NCBI GenBank assembly: GCA_964452095.1
Contig: CAYVKX010000001.1
Span: forward strand, 17,535-63,298
DNA: 45,764 nucleotides
Reading direction: 5' to 3'
Origin: an uncultured Weeksellaceae bacterium
Lineage (GTDB): Bacteria > Bacteroidota > Bacteroidia > Flavobacteriales > BACL11
Below are positions 10,478 through 18,809 of the stretch, piece after piece. The notes under the pieces are model-generated. The model was not told where the DNA came from and did not search any database. It saw nothing but the letters and a program-made list of their open reading frames with translations. Position 1 is the stretch's first letter. The number at the start of each line of letters is the position of its first letter. Position numbers and translations under genes: made by a program.

Positions 10478-10493
10478 AACACACGGGTGTGTT
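10478..10493. promoter_or_regulatory. 16-bp palindrome AACACAC-GG-GTGTGTT in the bcp / XRE divergent region
   Basis: Perfect 7+7 inverted repeat read directly. It lies 22 nt from the bcp ATG and 40 nt from the XRE ATG, so it is a candidate operator. Confidence 0.35.
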
Positions 10494-10533
10494 TATAAAA
10501 GTTTTATTTTCTATGGTTTTTTGCTGTATAATT

Positions 10534-10752
10534 ATGGTAAGAACCCAGGAATATATAATAACTTTTGGAGAGAATTTAAGAAAGATAAGAAAAGAGAGAA
10601 ACCTCTCTCAAGAACATCTTGCCTATGATGCAGATATCCCTATAAATCAAATAGGAAGAATAGAAAGAGGAGAAATAAACACTACCATTTCTACATTATT
10701 TGCTATTGCAAATGCTTTAAATATCCCAGTAAAAGAGTTGTTTAATTTCTAA
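10534..10752 (+). CDS. XRE-family helix-turn-helix transcriptional regulator (72 aa)
   Basis: FGENLRKIRKERNLSQEHLAYDADIPINQIGRIERGE is a typical Cro/C1 HTH. The ATG at 10534 is preferred over the upstream hydrophobic extension. Confidence 0.8.
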   Translation: MVRTQEYIITFGENLRKIRKERNLSQEHLAYDADIPINQIGRIERGEINTTISTLFAIANALNIPVKELFNF

Positions 10753-10758
10753 CTATCA

Positions 10759-10825
10759 GTCATCCTGAAATTTATTCAGGATCTAAAATAAACAAAATAA
10801 ATTCCGTATCAAGTACGGAATGACA
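10759..10825. repeat. two matched hairpin modules (8-bp stem, 5-nt loop each) bracketed by GTCAT...ATGAC
   Basis: ATCCTGAA-ATTTA-TTCAGGAT (10762..10782) and ATTCCGTA-TCAAG-TACGGAAT (10801..10821). The outer GTCAT/ATGAC are complementary. Confidence 0.55.
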
Positions 10826-10880
10826 GCTCCATTTTTATGTGTCGTATATTATTTATACCCCTCTGATTTTTCAAATCTGT

Positions 10881-10900
10881 CTCCCCTAAAATTAGGGGAG
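10881..10900. repeat. GC-cored hairpin CTCCCCTAA/TTAGGGGAG
   Basis: 9-bp inverted repeat read directly. It lies downstream of the orf111 stop on the minus strand but has no T-run. Confidence 0.4.
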
Positions 10901-10982
10901 AAGTTTTTGGAATAAGATTGCTTCACTATATTCGCAAAGACAAAATGCTATGCCCTAATTACTAATATCTCAGTACTAAAAT

Positions 10983-11318
10983 CTATCTCTTCAACCCTTT
11001 ATCCCAATAATTTGGTTCTACATTTTTAGTTTTCTGATTCCAATAATCAGCAGTAATTTTCTTCCCGTCAGGAGTTTTTAGTTTTCTTTCGTAAACCCAA
11101 ATAACCGGATTAAAAACTAAATCAGTTACACCTAAAAGATAAGTTTGAGGTTCTTCTTCAGACTTTCTTTTTTCTTCAAGCAATCTAACTTCAAATCCAT
11201 TAGAAGTAAGTAAATGAGTTAAAAAATTAACCCTTTCTTGCTCTATCTTTTTTTCTACAACAGTGCATCTTTCACCATCAATTTCTTTAATTGTATGCTT
11301 CCCTTTTAGTAAACTCAT
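10983..11318 (-). CDS. hypothetical soluble protein (111 aa), translationally coupled to nuoN
   Basis: ATGA overlap with the nuoN stop (ATG 11318..11316, TGA 11317..11315). No TM segment, charged, with a Trp/Tyr-rich C-terminus. I recognise no family. Confidence 0.6.
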   Translation of the reverse strand: MSLLKGKHTIKEIDGERCTVVEKKIEQERVNFLTHLLTSNGFEVRLLEEKRKSEEEPQTYLLGVTDLVFNPVIWVYERKLKTPDGKKITADYWNQKTKNVEPNYWDKGLKR

Positions 11319-12730
11319 AGTCCTAGTGAAATGGAATTAATATACTCGAAAATAGTACTGTAAAACCCAATAATGAACATAGCTGCAAGGCAGATAATAA
11401 AAGATATTTTAGTGTACCAATTATTTTCAATTCGTGTTATTGGATTTTCATTTTTGTTAATGAACATTGCCTTTACTACCATTAAATAATAGTATAAAGA
11501 AATAGTAACATTAAGTACAGCAATTAAAATTAGCCAGAAATACCCGTTTTGAGCTGCCGAAACAAATAAGAAGAATTTCCCAAAGAAACCAGCTAATGGT
11601 GGTATTCCTGCCAATGAGAACAAAGCCATCATCATTAACAAACTCATATTTGGATTAGTATGATAGAGCCCATCATAATCTGATATTTCAACTTTAGAAG
11701 TAGCATTCTCAATTGCAGATACTACACCAAATGCTGCTAAATTTGTAAATATATAGATTAAAACAAAGTAAATTACTGTAGCCATTCCTAATTCATTTGC
11801 ACCAAGTAGTCCAAGTAAAATAAATCCTGCCTGTGCTACTGATGAAAATGCTAAAAACCTTTTGATATTTGTTTGTCTTAAAGCAAATAAATTACCAATT
11901 GTCATGGTTAGAATTGCTAAAATGTAAAGCATATCTGACCAAACATCAGCCAGTGATTTGAAGACAGTAAAAAGTAGAATGCTAAAAATGAAAACTGCTG
12001 CACCTTTTGATATTACTGAAAGGTATGAAGTGACATTTGTTGGCGACCCCTCATAAACATCAGCAGTCCAAAAATGAAAAGGAACTAATGATATTTTAAA
12101 AGATAAACCAGATACAAACATGATAAAAGCTAATACTGTTAAGGGTGCCGACATATCAGTACCAATTAAATCAATGTAATAAGTTGAGCCAAATTGTCCG
12201 TAAAGAAGAGAAATTCCAAACAACATTACAGCTGATGAAAAAGCAGCTGACATAATTAGTTTTAAAGCAGATTCTGATGATTTTGAATCATAAGTATTGT
12301 ATGCTACAAGAGCTGCCATTGGGATTGTTGCTAATTCTAATCCTAGATAGAACATCAGGAAATCACCTGATGAAATCATAAAATTCATACCAATTAGTGT
12401 TGCGAAAATCAGGATAAAATATTCCGAGATTTTAGATTTATTTTCATCCTTTAATAGCCAAGTTGATGATTGTAATAAAACAATAAAGACACCAATGTTT
12501 AAGATGTTTTTCATCAAAATAATTAAGTCAGAATTTTGATACATTCCTCCAAATATTTCACCTGAAACATTTCCAAAAAATCCATAAAGAGTATGCAATC
12601 CAAAAATCCCAATTGCAAAAGGAATCATTTTCTTTTTATCATCAATTGCAATTTCAGAAATTAGTAAAATTAATGTTGCTATAGTTAAAAGCAACTCATG
12701 TTTCATTATTATGAAGTTATATATATCCAT
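11315..12730 (-). CDS. nuoN: NADH-quinone oxidoreductase subunit N
   Basis: 471 aa, polytopic antiporter-like subunit, last of the L/M/N trio in canonical operon order. Confidence 0.93.
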   Translation of the reverse strand: MDIYNFIIMKHELLLTIATLILLISEIAIDDKKKMIPFAIGIFGLHTLYGFFGNVSGEIFGGMYQNSDLIILMKNILNIGVFIVLLQSSTWLLKDENKSKISEYFILIFATLIGMNFMISSGDFLMFYLGLELATIPMAALVAYNTYDSKSSESALKLIMSAAFSSAVMLFGISLLYGQFGSTYYIDLIGTDMSAPLTVLAFIMFVSGLSFKISLVPFHFWTADVYEGSPTNVTSYLSVISKGAAVFIFSILLFTVFKSLADVWSDMLYILAILTMTIGNLFALRQTNIKRFLAFSSVAQAGFILLGLLGANELGMATVIYFVLIYIFTNLAAFGVVSAIENATSKVEISDYDGLYHTNPNMSLLMMMALFSLAGIPPLAGFFGKFFLFVSAAQNGYFWLILIAVLNVTISLYYYLMVVKAMFINKNENPITRIENNWYTKISFIICLAAMFIIGFYSTIFEYINSISLGL

Positions 12731-12731
12731 T

Positions 12732-14234
12732 TTAATTTGCTGCTATTACTAATTTATCAACTATTGGTTGTAAGCTATCTAAAATTAAATCTGATATCCA
12801 GAGTGGAGCAATTCCCATCCCTGCTATCGCAATTAATAAAATTATTAAGGGCACTTTTTCATGCCATAATGCATCTGATAATTTTGCATGTTCATCATTA
12901 ACAATAGGCCCGAAAAGTATTTTTCCTACTACTCTTAAAATATATACAGCTGTAACAACTATTGATGAAACTGCTATTATTGTAGCTACTCTGTGGAATA
13001 TATCATCATGCTGGAAAGCTCCAACAAAAATTGTCATTTCAGCAACAAAACCACTTAGTCCAGGTAATCCTAATGATGCCATCCCAGCTATAACATACAT
13101 AACGGCTAAAAAGGGCATTACTTTCATGAGTCCCCCTAATTTTTTGATGTCCCGTGTTCCAGTTCTTCCATAAATCATTCCAATTAATGCAAAGAACATT
13201 GCGGTCATTAACCCATGAGAAAGCATTTGTAAAATTGCTCCATTAAAAGAAGTTTTATTCACCATAAGTACAGCAAAAAGCACTAATCCACAATGACTTA
13301 CAGATGAGTATGCGTTTATGTATTTTAAATCAGTTTGAACTACTGCACCTAGCGCACCATAGATTACAGAAATTCCAGTTAAAATAATAAATATCCAAGC
13401 CATTTCATTGGCTGCTTCAGGCATTAAATACATAGCAACTCTAAGTGCTCCATATCCCCCTAATTTCATTAGTACACCTGCATGTAACATTGATACTGCT
13501 GTTGGTGCAGAAGCGTGTCCATCAGGAGACCAAGTGTGGAATGGGAATAGAGCCCCTAGAACTCCAAAACCAACAAAAGTAAGTGGGAAGAAAAATCTTT
13601 GTGCTTCAATAGGAATAGAATGTTTAGCAATCTCTAAGATATTATAGGTTAAAGCAGCTCCCTCTGGTGCAGAATTCATGTAAATTCCAATTAAACCTAC
13701 TAATAAAAAAGCAGAACCACCCATTAACATCAAGGTTAACTTCATTGCTGAATACTCTTTTTTTCCTGTTCCCCAAATTCCAATTAAAAGGTACATTGGA
13801 AGTACAGCTACTTCATAGAAAAGAAACATTGTAAATAAATCTAAAGAAATAAAGAAACCAAAAACACCAGTTGATAACACAATCAAAGAGATGAAGAATT
13901 CTTTGGATAAGTAAGCTACTTTCCATGATGCAAAAACTCCTGTAAATATGATGATTCCAGTTAAAAGAATCATAACTACTGAAATACCATCAACACCAAC
14001 ATTATATTGAATATTTATACTCTCAAACCATTGATAAGATTTTTGAAATACCATCTCAGCAGTGTTACCATTTGCTCTTTCTTCCATATACATAAATACC
14101 AATCTTATTGATTGAATAAGCTCGATAAACATACCGATAGCAGAAATCATTCTAACCTTAGCTAAGTCTTTTACAAACAATAAAGCAATTACTGTAAGTA
14201 TAGGTATTATTACAAGTGAATTTAAAATATCCAT
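12732..14234 (-). CDS. nuoM: NADH-quinone oxidoreductase subunit M
   Basis: 500 aa antiporter-like subunit with HTWSPDGHASAPTAVSMLHAGVLMKLGGYG, a NuoM/ND4-type motif. Confidence 0.95.
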   Translation of the reverse strand: MDILNSLVIIPILTVIALLFVKDLAKVRMISAIGMFIELIQSIRLVFMYMEERANGNTAEMVFQKSYQWFESINIQYNVGVDGISVVMILLTGIIIFTGVFASWKVAYLSKEFFISLIVLSTGVFGFFISLDLFTMFLFYEVAVLPMYLLIGIWGTGKKEYSAMKLTLMLMGGSAFLLVGLIGIYMNSAPEGAALTYNILEIAKHSIPIEAQRFFFPLTFVGFGVLGALFPFHTWSPDGHASAPTAVSMLHAGVLMKLGGYGALRVAMYLMPEAANEMAWIFIILTGISVIYGALGAVVQTDLKYINAYSSVSHCGLVLFAVLMVNKTSFNGAILQMLSHGLMTAMFFALIGMIYGRTGTRDIKKLGGLMKVMPFLAVMYVIAGMASLGLPGLSGFVAEMTIFVGAFQHDDIFHRVATIIAVSSIVVTAVYILRVVGKILFGPIVNDEHAKLSDALWHEKVPLIILLIAIAGMGIAPLWISDLILDSLQPIVDKLVIAAN

Positions 14235-14235
14235 A

Positions 14236-16146
14236 TTAAAAAGTTAGGTATATAAAGATGAATACTAAAGCAATAATTGAAACAAGAACTGCTGTTACAT
14301 AATCTTGTAATTGCCCTGACTGAATTCCTTTTACTTTGCTTGCACAATAATTAGTTACAGTAGCAATTCCATCCATAGATGCATCAATTACATTTTTGTC
14401 AAACCAAGCAATTGGAGTTGAAATTCTTTTGAAGATAACCTTCTTAGTAACAAAAATGTAAATTTCATCAAAATAAAATTTATTCAAAGAGTGGGTGTAA
14501 AAATTACCAAATGCTTTCTCCATTTTTGATGGCCATTCATTCTCTTTTTTGTAGAAAATATAAGCAATAACTATTCCAACAACTCCCACAGCAATTGAAG
14601 GAATCGCAATATTCCAATGCATGTGAATGTCAAATGCCATTCCATCAGAAGTAACTAATTCATTAAATGGAATAAACCCTACAGTTGCAGCTGCAATTGC
14701 TAATAAAATTAAAGGTAAAGTCATGCTAAACGGACTTTCATGCGCATGGTCATGTGTTTTGTTGTTCCCCCAGAATATTCCAAAATATAAACGGAACATA
14801 TAAAATGCAGTAAGTCCCGCTACTATCCATTCAATCCAAAAGTAAATTTGATTATGAGCCATAGCAGCAACTAAAATTTCATCCTTACTGAAAAAACCTG
14901 CAAAGGGAGGGATTCCAGCAATTGCTAAACAAGCCACTAAGAATGTAATATGTGTAATTGGCATGTATTTTCTTAAATTACCCATATCCATTAGGTTATT
15001 AGAATGCACGGCATGAATAATTGATCCTGCTCCTAAGAAAAGAAGCGCTTTAAACATAGCATGAGTAAATAAATGGAACATTGATGACATAAAACCTAAT
15101 CCTTCTTCACCACCCATACCCGATACACCTAACGCTAACATCATGTAACCAATTTGTGACATGGTAGAGAATGCCAATACCCTTTTAATATCTACCTGCA
15201 CACATGCTATTATTGCTGCAAAAATTGATGAAAGTCCTCCGACTATTGCTACAACTTCTAATGCTGTTGGGTCTACTGCTGCAAAAAATGGAAATAATCT
15301 AGCAACTAAGTAAACGCCTGCTACAACCATAGTTGCTGCATGAATTAATGCTGATACTGGAGTTGGACCTTCCATTGCATCAGGCAACCAAATGTGTAAA
15401 GGGAACATAGCTGATTTTCCAGCTCCACCAATAAATACAAGTAATAATGCCCAAGTTAAAACTGAAAGCCCCATAAATCCAAGGGGTGCGGCTTGTACAA
15501 AAATAGATGCATTCTCATTAAGTGTTAAGAAATCAAAAGTTCCTGTGTAAAATGACAAAATTAAGATTCCAACTAAAAAACCTAAATCAGCAAAACGAGT
15601 AACAATAAATGCTTTTTTTGATGCAGCAACTGCTGATGGTTTTTCATAGTAATAACCAATCAAAAGGTAAGATGAGACACCAACTAATTCCCAAAACATA
15701 TACATCTGAAAGATATTAGTAGCAACAACTAACCCTAGCATTGAGAAAGAAAATAATGAAAGATAAGCATAGAATTTAGTAAATCCTTGATCCCCCTTCA
15801 TATAACCTAAACTATAAATGTGAACCATTAATGAAATAGAAGTAATAACTACCAACATCATTACTGAGATTGGGTCAATCAAAACACCTAAATCAATGTG
15901 TAATTTATCAGTAAAATTAATCCAAGCTGTATTAAAAGCGATAATTTTTTCATAAACGCCATCAATTTTCCCAACTTTAAAGAAGTAATTGTATGCAGTA
16001 TAGTAAGAAAGAAATGCAGATGTTGCTAAACCGAATGTTCCTATATATCCTGTTATTTCATCTTTTAATTTATGCCCAAGCAAACCGTTAAACAGAAATA
16101 CGAATAATGGAATTAACGCAATATATATAGTGTAAGAAAAATCCAT
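14236..16146 (-). CDS. nuoL: NADH-quinone oxidoreductase subunit L
   Basis: 636 aa with WLPDAMEGPTPVSALIHAATMVVAGVYL and a long C-terminal extension typical of NuoL/ND5. Confidence 0.95.
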   Translation of the reverse strand: MDFSYTIYIALIPLFVFLFNGLLGHKLKDEITGYIGTFGLATSAFLSYYTAYNYFFKVGKIDGVYEKIIAFNTAWINFTDKLHIDLGVLIDPISVMMLVVITSISLMVHIYSLGYMKGDQGFTKFYAYLSLFSFSMLGLVVATNIFQMYMFWELVGVSSYLLIGYYYEKPSAVAASKKAFIVTRFADLGFLVGILILSFYTGTFDFLTLNENASIFVQAAPLGFMGLSVLTWALLLVFIGGAGKSAMFPLHIWLPDAMEGPTPVSALIHAATMVVAGVYLVARLFPFFAAVDPTALEVVAIVGGLSSIFAAIIACVQVDIKRVLAFSTMSQIGYMMLALGVSGMGGEEGLGFMSSMFHLFTHAMFKALLFLGAGSIIHAVHSNNLMDMGNLRKYMPITHITFLVACLAIAGIPPFAGFFSKDEILVAAMAHNQIYFWIEWIVAGLTAFYMFRLYFGIFWGNNKTHDHAHESPFSMTLPLILLAIAAATVGFIPFNELVTSDGMAFDIHMHWNIAIPSIAVGVVGIVIAYIFYKKENEWPSKMEKAFGNFYTHSLNKFYFDEIYIFVTKKVIFKRISTPIAWFDKNVIDASMDGIATVTNYCASKVKGIQSGQLQDYVTAVLVSIIALVFIFIYLTF

Positions 16147-16147
16147 G

Positions 16148-16465
16148 TTAATATTTCATTTTGTCAATATCCTCAACATCAATACTATTCATGTTACGGT
16201 AAAGGTTTATAATAATTGAAATAGCAACTGCTGCTTCTGCTGCCGCTATTGCTATAATGAACAAGCTATAAAAATGTCCTTGCATATTTTCAGGATGCAA
16301 ATATTTGTTAAATGCAACAAAATTAATGTTTACAGCATTTAGCATTAACTCAATAGCCATTAACATTGTTATTAAATTTTTACGACTAATAAAACCATAA
16401 GCACCAATAAAGAACATAAGTGTGCTTACAGTAATAATGTGATATATGCTTATTCCCTCAATCAT
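16148..16465 (-). CDS. nuoK: NADH-quinone oxidoreductase subunit K
   Basis: About 105 aa with three TM helices. The ATG at 16465 is preferred and lies 1 nt after the nuoJ stop. Confidence 0.92.
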   Translation of the reverse strand: MIEGISIYHIITVSTLMFFIGAYGFISRKNLITMLMAIELMLNAVNINFVAFNKYLHPENMQGHFYSLFIIAIAAAEAAVAISIIINLYRNMNSIDVEDIDKMKY

Positions 16466-16466
16466 T

Positions 16467-16964
16467 TTATTTCTTTTTTGCAATTACAATTGCTCCAATC
16501 ATAGCAGCTAATAATAAAATACTTATTACTTCAAATGGTAAAATGTAACCACCTTCACCATAACTTAACATTGTCCTTCCTATTGATTTTACACCTGAAT
16601 CCATAGCCACACCATCAGATGCAATAAATATATTTTCCTTGACAGTAAGTAAAACTAATACCGCCCCAATCAAAGTTATCCCTCCAGAAATTAACATTTT
16701 AGCTGGTCTTATTTTAGCTAGGTCTAAATTTATTTGATGAGTAAGTAAAATGGAGAAAATTATTAAAACAACAATTCCTCCTGCATAGACTGTAAGTTGT
16801 ACTGCAGCTAAGAAATTATATTCCACCATAAAGTAAAATGCAGCTGTTGCAACCAATGTAAAAAGTAGATATACTGCAGCTCTCAAAATTTTGTTTGTAG
16901 TTACAGTAAGTACTGAAAATACTAAGATAATTGCTGATATTATATAAAATATAGTTGTCTCCAT
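16467..16964 (-). CDS. nuoJ: NADH-quinone oxidoreductase subunit J
   Basis: 165 aa hydrophobic protein with VYAGGIVVLIIF, in the position between nuoI and nuoK. Confidence 0.92.
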   Translation of the reverse strand: METTIFYIISAIILVFSVLTVTTNKILRAAVYLLFTLVATAAFYFMVEYNFLAAVQLTVYAGGIVVLIIFSILLTHQINLDLAKIRPAKMLISGGITLIGAVLVLLTVKENIFIASDGVAMDSGVKSIGRTMLSYGEGGYILPFEVISILLLAAMIGAIVIAKKK

Positions 16965-16966
16965 TG

Positions 16967-17234
16967 AAGATGAATTCTATAAATAGATTGCTTTCAAAAA
17001 ACAAAAATAACAAATAAGATGTGAGGCGTATTTTCTCTGAGAATAGCTGTAGCTATTTAAAGAGAAATACAACAAAACAGATTGTTTCGATATTTTTGTT
17101 CCTTTTAGGTTTCCATTATTTACTTTATACTTCATTATATTTTTTTATTTTATCCAGATAAAATTTCTAAAATCTTCTTTGCCTAAAGAAAATAATGAAA
17201 ATTTTGATGTGAATATATTTATAGAATTCATCTT
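16967..17234 (-). repeat. 268-nt spacer between nuoI and nuoJ closed by a perfect 19-bp inverted repeat (MITE-like element or structured cis-RNA)
   Basis: AAGATGAATTCTATAAATA at 16967..16985 and its exact reverse complement at 17216..17234. Internal hairpins lie at 17028..17070, 17147..17164 and 17175..17190. This is the only large gap in the kor-nuo block. Confidence 0.6.
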
Positions 17235-17718
17235 AATCTTCTATTCCAGCTCTAAGTTTAGATCCTGGTTTATTTAATACTTTCGTTAATTCTGATCTGT
17301 CAAAAACAGCATGTTCGTACCCTTTTCCCATTTCAATTGCATCAGTTGGGCAAGCTTCAATACAAAGATTACACATAGTACACATTGAAAGATGATAAAC
17401 ATGTTTTAATATTGTTTTTTTCTTTTTCCCTGTTTCTTCATTTAATATCCTATCCTGAATAATCTCGATAGAACCATTCGGGCAAGCAATTTCACAAGCT
17501 TGACAACCTGTACATGCATGCTCATTATTTTCATCATGAGGCATTATTATTTCACCTCTAAATCGGTCAACCATCTTTAAAGTATCACGATTTTCAGGGT
17601 ATTGTTGTGTAATAATTTCCTTAGGATGAGAAATATAATAACCAGTTACTTTCATCCCGTTTATTAGAGTTTTCACCCCACTTACTACTTCTTTTATGTA
17701 ATTAATAATCGATTTCAT
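17233..17718 (-). CDS. nuoI: NADH-quinone oxidoreductase subunit I (2x[4Fe-4S])
   Basis: CTGCQACEIACP and CTMCNLCIEACP motifs. The ATG at 17718 (MKSIINY) is preferred; the alternative ATG at 17733 would overlap nuoH. Confidence 0.92.
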   Translation of the reverse strand: MKSIINYIKEVVSGVKTLINGMKVTGYYISHPKEIITQQYPENRDTLKMVDRFRGEIIMPHDENNEHACTGCQACEIACPNGSIEIIQDRILNEETGKKKKTILKHVYHLSMCTMCNLCIEACPTDAIEMGKGYEHAVFDRSELTKVLNKPGSKLRAGIED

Positions 17719-17720
17719 AA

Positions 17721-18809
17721 TTAAAAGTGCCATCCCATTAGGACAATAAATGCCATTACTAAAATATTTATCAAATTAATTGGGAGTAAGTATTTCCATT
17801 CAAGTGTTAAAAGTTGGTCAATTCTTAATCTAGGGAAAGTCCATTTGAACCACATCATCATAAAGATGATAAATGCTGTTTTTCCTAAGAACCAAAATAA
17901 TGGTGGAATAAAGTCCATTACCGCATTAAAGGATTCTAATCCTCCAAAATGAAGTGGCATCCAACCTCCTAAGAACATAGTTGCTCCTATTCCTGCAATG
18001 ATGAACATATTTACAAATTCTGCTAAAAAGAAGAATGCAAATTTCATTCCTGAATATTCAGTATGGAAACCTGCCGTAAGTTCTGATTCTGCTTCAGCTA
18101 AATCAAAAGGACCTCTGTTTGTTTCTGCAGTTCCAGCAATTAAGTAAATTATAAATGCAATAAATGCAGGAATATGTCCCCTAAAAATCCACCATCCTTC
18201 TCTCTGACTTTCAATAATTTCTGAAAATTGAAGTGAACCAGTTAGTACTACAATTGTTAAAAGTGAAAGACCAACTGAAAGCTCGTAACTCACAATTTGA
18301 GCCCCACTTCTCATAGCTCCAATTAATGAGAATTTATTGTTAGACGCCCAGCCTGCAAGTAAAATTCCAGCTACTCCAATTGAAGAAACGGCTGTTACAT
18401 AAAATACGCCAATATCTAAATCAAGCGCTTGTAATCCAAGTGCAAATGGAATGGCTGCAATTGCCATAAAAGAAGCTACAATAATAATAAATGGAGCCAG
18501 ATTAAATAAGAATTTATCTGCAGATTTTGTCATTAAAGGTTCTTTTAAAAGTAACTTTATTGCATCAGCAACTGTTTGTGCAGTACCCCAAAATCCAACT
18601 CTCATTGGGCCTAATCTTTGTTGGAAAAATGCACATACTTTTCTTTCGGCATATACTAATGCAAGACCTAAGATTGCGAAAAGTGTAAGAAAGATAACTC
18701 CTACAATTACCATTTCAGTAATCATAACAGCTGTTTCACTCATCATTGAATTTAATGATTCGTGAATGGATGCGGTTAATACAGAAAAGTCGTAAATATC
18801 AAATTTCAT
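17721..18809 (-). CDS. nuoH: NADH-quinone oxidoreductase subunit H
   Basis: 362 aa, polytopic, with [18 protein letters not shown] and [14 protein letters not shown], which are NuoH/ND1 signatures. Confidence 0.95.
   Translation of the reverse strand: MKFDIYDFSVLTASIHESLNSMMSETAVMITEMVIVGVIFLTLFAILGLALVYAERKVCAFFQQRLGPMRVGFWGTAQTVADAIKLLLKEPLMTKSADKFLFNLAPFIIIVASFMAIAAIPFALGLQALDLDIGVFYVTAVSSIGVAGILLAGWASNNKFSLIGAMRSGAQIVSYELSVGLSLLTIVVLTGSLQFSEIIESQREGWWIFRGHIPAFIAFIIYLIAGTAETNRGPFDLAEAESELTAGFHTEYSGMKFAFFFLAEFVNMFIIAGIGATMFLGGWMPLHFGGLESFNAVMDFIPPLFWFLGKTAFIIFMMMWFKWTFPRLRIDQLLTLEWKYLLPINLINILVMAFIVLMGWHF

Noticed and set aside
10534-10752. XRE regulator as the antitoxin half of a toxin-antitoxin pair
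   Set aside because: No adjacent small partner ORF exists on either side. The downstream 230 bp is non-coding hairpin repeats.
16816-17138. 65-aa ORF (16816..17013, minus strand) and a roughly 52-codon ORF (MKYKVNNGNLKGTK..., about 16980..17138, minus strand) in the nuoI-nuoJ spacer
   Set aside because: The first mostly overlaps nuoJ out of frame. The second is low-complexity and Phe/Tyr/Lys-rich as expected from AT-rich DNA, and it ends inside the inverted-repeat arm. The region is better explained as non-coding structured sequence.
16965-17232. Possibility that the nuoI-nuoJ spacer holds remnants of nuoE/F/G
   Set aside because: It is the wrong position, since E/F/G sit between nuoD and nuoH in canonical operons. 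It is far too short and no frame resembles them.
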